DNA of 60,959 nt, filler included. It is 4 parts of 4 records of this genome, joined end to end, with 100 filler letters (N's around TTAATTAATTAA, not from the genome) between each part and the next. Parts side by side here need not be neighbours in the genome. Positions count along the whole stretch, not along the records: positions 25,602 to 41,606 come from SRR22947725_426; positions 41,707 to 54,809 come from SRR22947725_429; 2 more parts are not named here. One strand, written 5' to 3'. Every line of letters starts with the position of its first letter. The first letter of the stretch is position 1. The notes beneath the pieces are model-generated. The model had not been told where the DNA came from. It saw only the letters and a list, made by a program, of their open reading frames with translations, and ran no database searches. The translations under genes were made by a program, and so were the position numbers. Below are positions 39,351 to 52,189 of the stretch, one piece after another.

Positions 39351-40931
39351 ATGAATATGGTTCCAAAAGAATATCAAATTAATAAAGTAATTAATCATAA
39401 TGAATATTTGATTAATGGCAAAATAAGTAATTGGGACGGAAAACACACTCAAGTTTATTCTACATTACTTAGTGTTAAAAATGATGATAAGCCATTACTT
39501 ATTGGAAACACGCCAGAAATGTCAGGTGATTATGCTTTAAAAGCATTAGATGCTGCTCACACTGCATTTAATTATGGACAAGGAGTTTGGCCTACTATGA
39601 AGGTTTATGAAAGAATTCAATGCATGGAATCTTTTGTAGAAAAAATGAAAACTAAAAGAGAAGAGATTGTTAAACTTTTAATGTGGGAAATTGGAAAGAA
39701 TTTAAATGATTCAAGAAAAGAATTTGATAGAACAGTAGAATACATAAATGATACAATTGTTGAGTATAAAAGGATTGATAGAAAGGGAGCTACTTTTCAA
39801 AATAAATCTGGTGTAAGAGCTTTAATAAGAAGAGGTCCACTTGGTGTGGTATTATGTTTAGGTCCATATAATTATCCTTTAAATGAAACTTTTGCATTAT
39901 TGATACCTGCTATTATAATGGGAAATACAACAATCTTTAAACCAGCAAAACATGGAGTTTTATTAATTGCACCATTATTAGAGGCTTTTAAAGAATCTTT
40001 TCCTGACGGTGTTGTGAATATAGTTTTTGGTAGAGGAAGAGAGATAGCCACTCCAATTATGAAAAGTGGAAAAGTTGATGTTTTAGCCTTAATTGGCCAT
40101 AGTTCATCAGCTATTTCTTTACAAGATTTACATCCCCAAAAAAACAGATTAAGATTAGTTTTAGGTTTAGAAGCAAAAAATCCTGGAATAATTTTAAAAG
40201 ATGCGGATATTGACTTAACTGTTAAAGAATGTATTTCAGGTACTCTATCGTTTAATGGTCAAAGATGTACAGCTCTGAAAATATTATATGTCCACGATGA
40301 AATTAAAGATGAGTTCTTATCTAAATTTGTCAAGGCTGTGGATGAATTAAAGCTAGGTCTTCCCTGGGAAAACACATTGTTAACTCCTTTGCCAGAGCCA
40401 GCAAAGCCTAAATATATTTCTGACTTAATTGATGATGCTATTAGTCAAGGCGCAAAAATATTAAATAAAAAGGGTGGGGATAAACAAAAGAATTTTGTCT
40501 TTCCAGCAGTATTATATCCAGTAAAAAAGGAAATGAAAGTTTATAAAGAGGAACAGTTTGGTCCTGTAATACCAATAATTTCATTTTCTGACATATCAAC
40601 TCCTATTAAAGACATGTCTGCTTCTAATTATGGGCAGCAAGTAAGTATCTTTGGCAAGGATGTAGATACATTAGGCCCAATAATTGATTCTATGGTGAAT
40701 TTAGTATGTAGAGTGAATTTAAATAGTGCTTGTCAAAGAGGGCCAGATATTTATCCATTTACAGGAAGAAAAGATTCCGCAGTAGCTACATTAAGTGTTC
40801 ATGATGCACTTAGATCATTTTCAATAAGAACATTTGTTGCCTCAAAAGACAATGAACTCAATAAGGGTATTTTAAGGGAAATGATAGATTCTAAAAAATC
40901 ACATTTCATTAGAACAGATTATTATCTTTAA
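39351..40931 (+). CDS. gapN: non-phosphorylating NADP-dependent glyceraldehyde-3-phosphate dehydrogenase (ALDH superfamily)
   Basis: [49 protein letters not shown]. Confidence 0.75.
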   Translation: MNMVPKEYQINKVINHNEYLINGKISNWDGKHTQVYSTLLSVKNDDKPLLIGNTPEMSGDYALKALDAAHTAFNYGQGVWPTMKVYERIQCMESFVEKMKTKREEIVKLLMWEIGKNLNDSRKEFDRTVEYINDTIVEYKRIDRKGATFQNKSGVRALIRRGPLGVVLCLGPYNYPLNETFALLIPAIIMGNTTIFKPAKHGVLLIAPLLEAFKESFPDGVVNIVFGRGREIATPIMKSGKVDVLALIGHSSSAISLQDLHPQKNRLRLVLGLEAKNPGIILKDADIDLTVKECISGTLSFNGQRCTALKILYVHDEIKDEFLSKFVKAVDELKLGLPWENTLLTPLPEPAKPKYISDLIDDAISQGAKILNKKGGDKQKNFVFPAVLYPVKKEMKVYKEEQFGPVIPIISFSDISTPIKDMSASNYGQQVSIFGKDVDTLGPIIDSMVNLVCRVNLNSACQRGPDIYPFTGRKDSAVATLSVHDALRSFSIRTFVASKDNELNKGILREMIDSKKSHFIRTDYYL

Positions 40932-41605
40932 TTATTTAGCATAACTGGCATTACCAGCATAGTGATTTCTTCAGCTTCAGAACCAGAATTTGTTGGTGTT
41001 AGAATTCCAGCTCTATTTGGAAGTGACAGTTCTAATTTAACCTCATTAGAATTTAAGTTTGATAACATTTCTGTTAAAAACCTTGAATTAAAACCAATTT
41101 GCATATCATCTCCATTATAATTACAAATTAATCTTTCCTCAGCTTTATTGCTATAATCTAAATCTTCTGCAGAAATAATTAATTCATTACCTGTAATTTT
41201 AAGTCTAACTTGATGAGTTGTTTTGTTAGAAAAAATACTCACCCTTTTGGTAGAGTTTAAAAACAAAGATCTGTCAATAGTTAAAACATTTGGGTTTTCT
41301 TTAGGAATAACAGCTTCATAGTTTGGATATTTGCCGTCAATTAATCTACAAGTTAAAGACAAATTTGAGAAAGTGAATTTTGCATTACTATCATTAAATT
41401 CAATTTTAACATCAAATTCATTAGTAGCTAAAATACCTTTTAAAATATTTAAAGGTTTTTTGGGCATTATAAATTCAACAAGTTTATCAGATTTATAGTC
41501 AGTTCTTACGTATCTTACTAATTTGTGAGCATCTGTTGCTACAAAAGTTGAGTTTTCACTTGAAAATTGAAAAAAGACACCACTCATAACAGGTCTTAAA
41601 TCATC
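40928..41605 (-). CDS. dnaN: DNA polymerase III beta clamp, 5' truncated
   Basis: [34 protein letters not shown]. Confidence 0.93.
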   Translation of the reverse strand, partial: DDLRPVMSGVFFQFSSENSTFVATDAHKLVRYVRTDYKSDKLVEFIMPKKPLNILKGILATNEFDVKIEFNDSNAKFTFSNLSLTCRLIDGKYPNYEAVIPKENPNVLTIDRSLFLNSTKRVSIFSNKTTHQVRLKITGNELIISAEDLDYSNKAEERLICNYNGDDMQIGFNSRFLTEMLSNLNSNEVKLELSLPNRAGILTPTNSGSEAEEITMLVMPVMLNN

Positions 41606-41606
41606 G

Positions 41607-41706
41607 NNNNNNNNNNNNNNNNNNNNNNNNNNNNNNNNNNNNNNNNNNNNTTAATTAATTAANNNNNNNNNNNNNNNNNNNNNNNNNNNNNNNNNNNNNN
41701 NNNNNN
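41607..41706. other. artificial contig linker
   Basis: N run, TTAATTAATTAA, N run; same design as the first linker. Confidence 0.98.
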
Positions 41707-42031
41707 GATTAACTTTTTCATTAATATTTTTTTCTTTTAAAGCCATCATAGAATTCATTTTTTCTTCCATTACAGAGTTCTCATTCTCATTAATCTTTGA
41801 CGCCCTTTGTAAAATTTCTTCACATTCTTTTTTTGATTCGTCTAGTTGTTTTTGGTACTTCCCAAGAAGATGATTGCTTTCTTTTTTTAAATTTTCGGCA
41901 TCTTCTATTTTATTTTTGATTTCTTTAATTTTACCCTCAAGAATATTATTAACAATTCCTGGAACTTTTTTATAAACTAGCAAAAGTACAAATAAACAGA
42001 AAGATATGCCTACCCAAAATGTTGAATCCAT
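41707..42031 (-). CDS. atpF: ATP synthase Fo subunit b, 3' truncated
   Basis: MDSTFWV N-terminal membrane helix followed by coiled coil; operon order. Confidence 0.88.
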
Positions 42032-42603
42032 TAGTTTAAGCCTTTCAAGTATTTTTTAGATACCTCTTCTACTATGCTACTTGCGCTAGCATTGTTAGTA
42101 TCAATTTTAGAAACTGTTTTAACCAATTCTTTTGCGACTTCTGTTGAAATACTACCAATCTTGCCGGCAGCGCTCTTTTTAAAGTCATCAATTTCTTTAC
42201 TTACTTCCTTCATTTTTTCTTCTAATTTTTTATCAATTTCTTTTTTTTTATTATCAAAATTACTTTGCAAGCTTTGCTTGTTAGCATTGATTAAGTCCTG
42301 AGCTTCTTTCTTAGAATTGGATATAAGACTTAAATACTCTTGATATTTTTTTTCTGCTTGATCTTTAATGGAGTTTGCTTCGTCAATATTGTCACTTACA
42401 TGATCATTTCTTTGTTCGATGCTATCAGATAGTCTTGGAAAAACTATTTTTTCTACAATCAAATACAAAAAACCAAAGGTAATAAGTAGCCAAAAAACCT
42501 GCGGAAACCAAGTGGTAGGATCCAATTGAGGCATTCCCGCTTTCTCTGCTGCTTGTGCAGCAGAGGTAAAAAAAATAGATAATGATAATAAAATTTGAAC
42601 CAT
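42031..42603 (-). CDS. ATP synthase Fo subunit b'
   Basis: GMPQLDP..W.PQ.FWL, typical of alphaproteobacterial b'. Confidence 0.9.
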   Translation of the reverse strand: MVQILLSLSIFFTSAAQAAEKAGMPQLDPTTWFPQVFWLLITFGFLYLIVEKIVFPRLSDSIEQRNDHVSDNIDEANSIKDQAEKKYQEYLSLISNSKKEAQDLINANKQSLQSNFDNKKKEIDKKLEEKMKEVSKEIDDFKKSAAGKIGSISTEVAKELVKTVSKIDTNNASASSIVEEVSKKYLKGLN

Positions 42604-42612
42604 TGCCTAAAA

Positions 42613-42840
42613 TTAAAAAGCGAAAAGTATAATTAATGCAACAACCAAACCAAATAGGCCAGTTGCTTCAGCAAGTGCAAATCCCAATAATAAATTAGGG
42701 AATTGTTTTTGTGCTGCAGATGGGTTTCTCATTGCTGCAGATAGATAGCTACCAAAAATATTTCCGATACCCAATCCAGCTCCCGCTAATGCTATACAGG
42801 CTATTCCTGCCCCGATCATTTTTGCTGCTTCTACTTCCAT
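42613..42840 (-). CDS. atpE: ATP synthase Fo subunit c
   Basis: GAGLGIG, RNP loop, ALAEA. Confidence 0.96.
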   Translation of the reverse strand: MEVEAAKMIGAGIACIALAGAGLGIGNIFGSYLSAAMRNPSAAQKQFPNLLLGFALAEATGLFGLVVALIILFAF

Positions 42841-42854
42841 TGTTTCCTCCTTTG

Positions 42855-43589
42855 TTAATGATGTAAATTGAGTGCATCATTTAAATAAATGCACGTTAAT
42901 ATTGCAAAAACATAAGCTTGAATAAACGCAACTAGTAATTCCAAGCCAGTTAAAGCAACCGCAAAACCTAGCGGCAACCAGCCACCAAGAATACCTAAGC
43001 TAACAACAAATCCCCCAAACACTTTAAGCATGGTATGGCCTGCCATCATATTTGCAAACAATCGTACGGATAAACTCACTGGTCTACTTAGATACGAAAT
43101 TACTTCGATCACAATAATCAGTGGTAGTAAAAAAATAGGAACTCCAGAAGGTACAAAAAGTTTCAAGTAGGAAATGCCATGCCTTGCAAATCCAACTAGC
43201 GTCACTCCTACGAAAATAAAAAAAGCCAATGCAAAAGTCACTATAATGTGGCTTGTTACTGTAAAAGAGTAGGGTAGCATTCCTAGCAAATTTGCAACCA
43301 AAACAAATAAAAACAAACTCAAAATGAAAGGAAAATACGGTCTTGCGTCTTTTCCAGCAGTTTCACTTATCATTTTAGAAACAAACTCAAATGCCATCTC
43401 TGCAATAAGCTGCATTTTATTTGGTACCAAGGATTTTTTTTGAGTAGCCGCGATGAAAAATAAAGATATTACTGATACGGTGAGGACCATAAATAGGCTT
43501 GAATTAGTAAAAGAAAGATCAAAGCTTCCTATTTGAATTTTGGGACCAATTGAATAAACTTCAAATTGGCTCATTGGGTTTGCGGCCAT
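42855..43589 (-). CDS. atpB: ATP synthase Fo subunit a
   Basis: RPVSLSVRLFANMMAGH, IQAYVF. Confidence 0.96.
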   Translation of the reverse strand: MAANPMSQFEVYSIGPKIQIGSFDLSFTNSSLFMVLTVSVISLFFIAATQKKSLVPNKMQLIAEMAFEFVSKMISETAGKDARPYFPFILSLFLFVLVANLLGMLPYSFTVTSHIIVTFALAFFIFVGVTLVGFARHGISYLKLFVPSGVPIFLLPLIIVIEVISYLSRPVSLSVRLFANMMAGHTMLKVFGGFVVSLGILGGWLPLGFAVALTGLELLVAFIQAYVFAILTCIYLNDALNLHH

Positions 43590-43602
43590 AAATATAAAAA
43601 AT

Positions 43603-43890
43603 TTACTCTTTATTAATCATTTTAGAAGTTCGTACAACATTTAAAATTCCAGTAATTGCCCCTAGAAAAAAAAGAATAATTAAGAAAAATGGCTCTGTTT
43701 CTAGCCATTTGTCCAAGTAATAACCAATCAAACTTGCGACAAAAACAGCAGCAACCATTTCACTACTTAATTTCATTGCTATACCAAGAGAAGAGCTGGA
43801 GGATGATTCAGATTCAACTTTCCTTGTCTTTTTGCTCAAGTTTTTAATTTTTGAATCTAACTCTTTGATGTCTTTCATCTTAAAAGCCAT
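43603..43890 (-). CDS. atpI: AtpZ/AtpI family protein
   Basis: IGYYLDKWL.T.P motif, two hydrophobic helices, first gene of the Fo operon. Confidence 0.85.
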   Translation of the reverse strand: MAFKMKDIKELDSKIKNLSKKTRKVESESSSSSSLGIAMKLSSEMVAAVFVASLIGYYLDKWLETEPFFLIILFFLGAITGILNVVRTSKMINKE

Positions 43891-43898
43891 TGAATGGC

Positions 43899-46544
43899 CT
43901 AAGCTACCATTTCTTCTGCTTTTTCAAGATCGACAGCTACTAATTGGCTTACGCCTCTTTCAGCCATGGTAACACCGTACAATCTATTCATTCTAGACAT
44001 TGTAAGAGCGTGGTGAGTGATTACTACAAATTTTGTGTCAGTAACACTCGATAGCTCATCTAGTAGAGAGCAGAATCTAGTTACGTTTGCATCATCCAAT
44101 GGAGCATCTACCTCATCTAAAATACAAATTGGAGAAGGGTTAATTAAGAAAACAGCAAATATTAAAGCCATTGCAGTAAGTGCTTGCTCTCCTCCGGAAA
44201 GTAACGTGATAGACTGTAGTTTTTTACCTGGAGGGCTTACAAGTAACTCCAAGCCAGCTTCTAAAGGATCGTCAGATTCTATTAATTCCAATCTTGCATT
44301 TCCTCCAGCAAAAAGTTTTGTATACACATCGTTAAATTTTCTGCTTACTTTTTCAAAAGCATCTAACAATCTTTCTCTTCCTTTTTCATTTAAGTCATTA
44401 ATAGAGCTCTTGAGTTTTTGAATACCTTGAACTAAATCTTTTCGGTCGTTCATCATTCTATCTATTTGATCTTGTAGTTCTTGTGTCTCATTGTCAGCTC
44501 TTAGATTAACAGCACCCATCCTTTCTCTTCGATCTTTTAACTTTTGAATTTGATTCTCAATTTCACTAGTTTTGACTTGCTCATCGACGTCAATCTCCGC
44601 AAAAGTAGGCAGTTCTGCAATTGGGTGTTTAAAATCAGTTAAAGATTTTAGCTCTATTTCTTTTTTCTTTTCCTTAAGCCCCTCAATAATTGTTTGAGCT
44701 CTAACTTTTCTCTCCGTAATTCCCAAAACAGTAGTATTGATATCATATAACTTTTGATTAATAGATTGAACAGAATCTTCTTTAGAAGTTAACTTTTCAT
44801 TTATTTGTAGAATATCTTCTTCAATGTTTTTAATATTCTGAACGTAGGTACCTTTTTTTTCAGCAATACTTCCTGGCTTTGCCTCTTCAAGGCTTAAGGC
44901 ATTTTCATTTTCTTTAAATCGTTCATTTAATTCTAAAAATTTTTTTTCAGAGTTTTCTTTTAAATCAATCCAATTTTTAATTTCACTTTCAATAATGCTT
45001 AGTCGTCCTTTTCTTTTTGTTGCTTCTTGCTTAATAGATTCGTATTTGCTTAATCTAGAGGCGTATTTTTCCTGCAGCTCAGAAATAGTTTTTATTTTTT
45101 CAATAAATTCATTTTTAAGAGCATTTGTTGTGTCTGAATTTAAGTTAGCTTGTGGAGCTGCTGCCTCAAGATCAAAATTAATTTTATCTGCCAAATCCTC
45201 CATTTTTATAAATTCATTTTGAATTTCATCAATACGATTTTTAATTGCCCCAGAATCTAACTCGTCATTTTCTCCTGATAGCTTTTTCAATCTTAGGGCC
45301 ACCTCTTTAATGGAAGAGGAAAGTTGATCTGTTTTGTTTTTAATAAGGTTAAAATCAAACCCCCCAATTTGGGAAAAAATTTTATCTGATAGCTTATTTA
45401 AAAGATCTTGCTCTTGGTTAAGTTCTTTTAAAGATTCTTGATACGAGTTATTTGCTTTTTCCTCTATTTCAGAAGAATTTTGATTTATCTCTAAAATGTC
45501 ATTTTTCTCAGCCGACAATCTTTTTTCATTAGAAGTTGCATCATTTACAATTTGTTTTTCTCTATCAATATCAATATTAATCTGCTTAATTTCCTTCTTA
45601 ATTTTCTCTATTTCATTTTTAGCCCTATTTTCTTCTTCACTAATTTGCTCGAATTCTAAATTTAATCTTTGAAGTTTTGTATTGAGTTCAGCATTTTCAT
45701 CTCTAAGAGGCTTAATTTCTTTACCCTCTTCTTTAAGGGCATTTTCATTAAAGTTTTTATCAATATTAACAGCACTGATTTCATCTTCTACTTCACTAAG
45801 TTCTTCTTGAGCGCCAAGAATTGAACCTTCAATTTCTTGAGACTGAAAATAAACTAATTTTGCTTCCAGACTTTGAATGTTATTGGACATGTCCTTATAT
45901 TTGGTAGCCTCCTCGGCTTGTTTTAATAAGTTCTTAAGCTGGTTTTCAATTTGCTTCATAATGTCATCAGCTTTTTTCAAATTATTTTCTGCTGCCGTAA
46001 GCCTAAGCTCTGCTTCATGCCTTCTTACATGTAGACCACCGATTCCAGCGGCTTCCTCTAAAATTGCTCTTCGATCTGTTGGCTTTGCTGTTACCAAGGA
46101 GCCAACTCTTCCTTGACTAACCATGGAAGGAGAATGAGGCCCCGTTGAAAGATCTGCAAAAAGAATTTGCACGTCTTTTGCCCTAACCTCTCTTCCGTTC
46201 AAAAAATATTTTGAACCCTTATCTTTTTCTATTTTTCTCCTGACCTCAATTTCTGGCATATCTTTAAATTGAGGAAGTCTATTGTCATTTTCTAATTTTA
46301 AAGCTACTTCACTCAAGTTTTTAGATGGCCTAGAGGTAGTTCCAGAGAAGATGACATCTTCCATGCCAGAACCCCGCAAACTCTTTGCCGAAGTTTCTCC
46401 CATGCACCACCTTAAAGCCTCAACTATATTTGATTTTCCACAACCATTTGGTCCTACTATTCCGGTTAGACCATCCTCAAAATAAAAAGAAGTTTTGTCT
46501 GCAAAAGACTTAAACCCTATCACCTCGAGCTGTTTAAATTTCAT
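43899..46544 (-). CDS. smc: chromosome segregation SMC protein, short form (881 aa)
   Basis: GFKSF, GPNGCGKSN, Q-loop SQG, GAVNL, LLSGGE, LDEVDAPLD, ITH; long coiled coils. Confidence 0.9.
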   Translation of the reverse strand: MKFKQLEVIGFKSFADKTSFYFEDGLTGIVGPNGCGKSNIVEALRWCMGETSAKSLRGSGMEDVIFSGTTSRPSKNLSEVALKLENDNRLPQFKDMPEIEVRRKIEKDKGSKYFLNGREVRAKDVQILFADLSTGPHSPSMVSQGRVGSLVTAKPTDRRAILEEAAGIGGLHVRRHEAELRLTAAENNLKKADDIMKQIENQLKNLLKQAEEATKYKDMSNNIQSLEAKLVYFQSQEIEGSILGAQEELSEVEDEISAVNIDKNFNENALKEEGKEIKPLRDENAELNTKLQRLNLEFEQISEEENRAKNEIEKIKKEIKQINIDIDREKQIVNDATSNEKRLSAEKNDILEINQNSSEIEEKANNSYQESLKELNQEQDLLNKLSDKIFSQIGGFDFNLIKNKTDQLSSSIKEVALRLKKLSGENDELDSGAIKNRIDEIQNEFIKMEDLADKINFDLEAAAPQANLNSDTTNALKNEFIEKIKTISELQEKYASRLSKYESIKQEATKRKGRLSIIESEIKNWIDLKENSEKKFLELNERFKENENALSLEEAKPGSIAEKKGTYVQNIKNIEEDILQINEKLTSKEDSVQSINQKLYDINTTVLGITERKVRAQTIIEGLKEKKKEIELKSLTDFKHPIAELPTFAEIDVDEQVKTSEIENQIQKLKDRRERMGAVNLRADNETQELQDQIDRMMNDRKDLVQGIQKLKSSINDLNEKGRERLLDAFEKVSRKFNDVYTKLFAGGNARLELIESDDPLEAGLELLVSPPGKKLQSITLLSGGEQALTAMALIFAVFLINPSPICILDEVDAPLDDANVTRFCSLLDELSSVTDTKFVVITHHALTMSRMNRLYGVTMAERGVSQLVAVDLEKAEEMVA

Positions 46545-46547
46545 ATT

Positions 46548-47174
46548 TTATTTTATTTTATTTATATATTTGGAAATATCTTTAATAGAGAAATTTCCTG
46601 TGTATTTTTTATTATTGATTATAATAGTGGGAGTTGAGTTAATATCGTGAAGATTTTTTGCTTCAATTCTACTTTTTAAAACCATCTCCTCATTATCTTT
46701 ATTAGCCAAACAAGATTCAAATTGCTTGTCGTCAATTCCAAAACTAGAAGCAATTTTTTTTATTTTTATATTAACCTCATCAATGTTATTGCCGCGCATC
46801 CATTCTGATTGCTTAGAATAAATAGCATCATGAAATTTAAGCACGCTATCGGTCGCAACACATTTTGATATTTTGGCAGCGTTCAAAGCAGCGAGATCTA
46901 ATGGAAAATCTTTTAAAATAACTTTAGCCTTTCCATTCTTAGTGAAATTATCAATGATACCCGGAAGAACCTCTAAATGCACTTTTGCACAATGCGGGCA
47001 TGTCATTGATGCAAATATTTCAATTGTTATATTGGCATTTCTTTCCCCAATTAGGTGACCCGAATCTTGTTTCGCTAATACCGGACTTGAAAAAGCAAAT
47101 AAAACCAATGTAATTTTGAGTAATTTATTTATCATTTTTAAAAAATTCATTAAATGCATTTTGAAGTTTTTCAT
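46548..47174 (-). CDS. DsbA-family oxidoreductase; start likely the ATG at 47135
   Basis: ASMTCPHC, DFPLD, STPT. Confidence 0.88.
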   Translation of the reverse strand: MKNFKMHLMNFLKMINKLLKITLVLFAFSSPVLAKQDSGHLIGERNANITIEIFASMTCPHCAKVHLEVLPGIIDNFTKNGKAKVILKDFPLDLAALNAAKISKCVATDSVLKFHDAIYSKQSEWMRGNNIDEVNIKIKKIASSFGIDDKQFESCLANKDNEEMVLKSRIEAKNLHDINSTPTIIINNKKYTGNFSIKDISKYINKIK

Positions 47175-47589
47175 TTTTTATTAATTTTATTTTTTTTGAT
47201 AATTTTTCATTTAAGATAGGGGCTTTGTTTACAGTATCATTTTTGGCTTTACTAACCTTAAAAGAGTTAATAATTACCTTGTTAATAAAGCTATAGCCGA
47301 AATATGAATTAGTTTTTTCAACAATATAGTCTCTAGAATAGTCAATTTCGATAATATGCTCTTTTGGAACTTTTAGGAATAAGACTTTTTCATTGTTTAT
47401 AGAACTTTGCTTTAATTTATCAGGCTTGCAAAGCAGGGCTATTTCGTTCCCAACAATGGTATTCCATTTTGACTTAAGATCATCAAAAGAATTTTGGTGA
47501 GAGGAAATTAATTTACGAATACCTTTTGGAAGAAGCGATTTGATTGGCTTTAATCCTTGATATACTTTGTATTGATTAAATTTATTCAT
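47125..47589 (-). CDS. DUF721 / DciA-family protein
   Basis: W..IVG..IA..C.P motif, NSYFGY; position between mutY and the dsbA-like gene matches alphaproteobacterial order. Confidence 0.75.
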   Translation of the reverse strand: MNKFNQYKVYQGLKPIKSLLPKGIRKLISSHQNSFDDLKSKWNTIVGNEIALLCKPDKLKQSSINNEKVLFLKVPKEHIIEIDYSRDYIVEKTNSYFGYSFINKVIINSFKVSKAKNDTVNKAPILNEKLSKKIKLIKNEKLQNAFNEFFKNDK

Positions 47590-47597
47590 GAACGGAT

Positions 47598-48618
47598 ATG
47601 GGCCAAACAATATCAAAAAAAATTATCTCTTGGTATAAAAAACACCAAAGAAGCTTACCCTGGAGAAGCTATACCAGCAGTTCAGATAGGGATTATAAGG
47701 TGTTGTTGAGCGAGTTTATGCTTCAACAAACCAAAGTATCCACAGTCGTACCTTATTTTAATAAGTTCTATAAAAAATTTAGAACTATTAAGGCTCTTTC
47801 AAAATCTCGTATTACGAGTGTGCTGAAGTTATGGGAGGGCCTTGGTTATTATCGTAGAGCGAGAAATTTACACCAGACTGCAAAATTAGTGCTCCAAAAA
47901 CATAATGGCAAGCTACCAGATTCTTTTTCAGATCTAAAAAATTTGCCAGGGATAGGGGATTACACAGCGTCGGCTATTCTTTCAATAGCAAAAGATCAAT
48001 CTTTTATAGGAATAGATGGAAATGTAAAAAGGGTTATTTCTAGAGTTTTTAATCTAAAGCACAATAAAAAATTGCTTCTTAGTATTGAAAAAAAATTAAA
48101 CTCAATGAAGGTAAAAAAAGGTTCTAGTGAATTAATGCAAGGAATTATGGAGTTGGGCGCATTATTGTGCCTTCCTACAAGACCAGGTTGCACAAAATGT
48201 CCAATTAAATCACATTGTATATCTTTTAAAAAAAATACATTTAAGGATCGGGCTAAAAAAAAATCTTATCAAATAAAATATTTTAATGCTTTTTTTATTA
48301 CCAAAAATAATAAAATTTTATTTTCATTCAATAAAAAATTTAATTTTCTCCAAGGACTTGTGAACCTACCTTTGGTGGAAGTTGCTTCCAACAAGCATAA
48401 TGCCACTATAAATAAAGTTTTTAAAAAAGGTTTGATCAGCTCATCATCGGCACCTTTGGTGAAGTATAAAATGTCTAATTTTGTAATGCATATAAAAGTT
48501 ATTTCATTGAGTAATGTTATTTTTAATAAAACAAAGTATTTTTGGTTGGGGCAGAAAGATATTAAAAAATTTACTATTTCCACTTTAGCTAAAAAACTTT
48601 TACAAGTATCTAGCAATC

Positions 48619-48629
<11 letters not shown>
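47598..48629 (+). CDS. mutY: A/G-specific adenine glycosylase
   Basis: LPWR, SEFMLQQT, WEGLGYYRRARNL, HhH LPGIGDYTA, C-X6-C-X2-C-X5-C. Confidence 0.93.
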
Positions 48630-50845
<2,216 letters not shown>

Positions 50846-50913
50846 CTATAAGTAGAATAGACTCCAAAGTCCAAATAAAGTCAATTTGCCAATGCGTACA
50901 ATTAGTGTCTTTT

Positions 50914-51513
50914 TTATTTATTTAACAACATCTTGTGGACAGGTGCAAAATTTTTTCTATGAAGCGGGGTAAGACCAAATTTTTTCATGGCCCCCATGTG
51001 TTCTGAAGTTCCGTATCCTGAGTTTTTTTCCCATCCATACCTTTTGTATTTTTTTGCAAGAATGCACATATAGTTATCTCTGATTACCTTTGCTAAAACT
51101 GATGCAGCAGCAATAGATGGAAATTGCTCGTCACCTTTAACAAATGTTAGAATTTTTTTATTTTTCTTATCAAAGCTATGAATACCATCTACTAGTATAG
51201 TTGATTTCAATATACCTAAACTAGTTACAGCTCTTTTCATTGCCGTTAAAGATGCTTGTAAAATATTATACTTTTCAATTTCTTCAACACTAGAAAACCC
51301 TATCGCAAACTTTGAATGATTTATTATTTTAAAAAATACTTTATCTCTCCTTTTTTTTGAAATTTTTTTTGAATCGTTAATTTCTTTTAAGCAAATATCT
51401 GGGTTAAGTATTACAGCTGCAGCAACCACAGGACCAGCCAATGGACCCCTCCCAACCTCGTCTACTCCTATAATATTATTAGAAATTTGTAGTTCTCTTT
51501 TAAAATTAAGCAT
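50914..51513 (-). CDS. rnhB: ribonuclease HII
   Basis: GVDEVGRGPLAGPV, DSKK, SIAAAS..AKV.RD, GYGT..H. Confidence 0.95.
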   Translation of the reverse strand: MLNFKRELQISNNIIGVDEVGRGPLAGPVVAAAVILNPDICLKEINDSKKISKKRRDKVFFKIINHSKFAIGFSSVEEIEKYNILQASLTAMKRAVTSLGILKSTILVDGIHSFDKKNKKILTFVKGDEQFPSIAAASVLAKVIRDNYMCILAKKYKRYGWEKNSGYGTSEHMGAMKKFGLTPLHRKNFAPVHKMLLNK

Positions 51514-52189
51514 TATTTAATTTTTTTTGGAGCTCCTGCAAATCCTCCCAGGATTTTTTCTTTTGACTTGGTTGCTTAATTAAAAAAGTAGGATGAAAAG
51601 AAGGAATGATGTTAATAGAATTGTTCGCAGCAGAGTAAGAAAGCCACTGGCCACGATTTTTTGCAATAGAATATTCTTCTCCAAATAAAGTTTGTAGAGC
51701 GAATGAGCCAAGCAACAATATCGTTTCAGGGTTAATGGCAGATATATGTTCATGTACAATTTTTCTTAAAAGGGAATTGTATTTTTTTATATTTTTACCC
51801 TCTTCTTTTGTTAAGTAAAAAGGAATGATATTTGCTAAATATACTTGACTAGAATCAATAGAAATTGCACCTAACATTTTTGTAAGAAGTTCTCCAGAAT
51901 CATCAGAAAATAATTCATTATTATCTATATCTTTCTGGCTAGGCATATCTCCCAAGACCATAATTTTAGATTTGTAATTTTTATTTGATAAAATTATTTT
52001 TTTATTAGTTCCAGTAACTTTATTAGAAAGCTTTTTGTTTTTTAGGAGAAGGCTTTCAATTATCTCCTCTTTTGATAGGTTTTGATTAGTTTTATTTTTT
52101 TTATAAATTATACTGTCATACAGTCCTGTTGAGTGGTAATATTCTTTAACACTTTCGTTAGAGTAGTTTTTTGAATTTTTAGTAGACAT
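51506..52189 (-). CDS. uracil-DNA glycosylase family 4-like protein with divergent motifs
   Basis: IMVLGDMPS, G.LLTKML.AI, RGQW, SFHPTFL, W.DL. Confidence 0.7.
   Translation of the reverse strand: MSTKNSKNYSNESVKEYYHSTGLYDSIIYKKNKTNQNLSKEEIIESLLLKNKKLSNKVTGTNKKIILSNKNYKSKIMVLGDMPSQKDIDNNELFSDDSGELLTKMLGAISIDSSQVYLANIIPFYLTKEEGKNIKKYNSLLRKIVHEHISAINPETILLLGSFALQTLFGEEYSIAKNRGQWLSYSAANNSINIIPSFHPTFLIKQPSQKKKSWEDLQELQKKLNNA

Noticed and set aside
41707-42603. Two ATP synthase b-type genes as a duplication
   Set aside because: The b and b' pair is standard in Alphaproteobacteria
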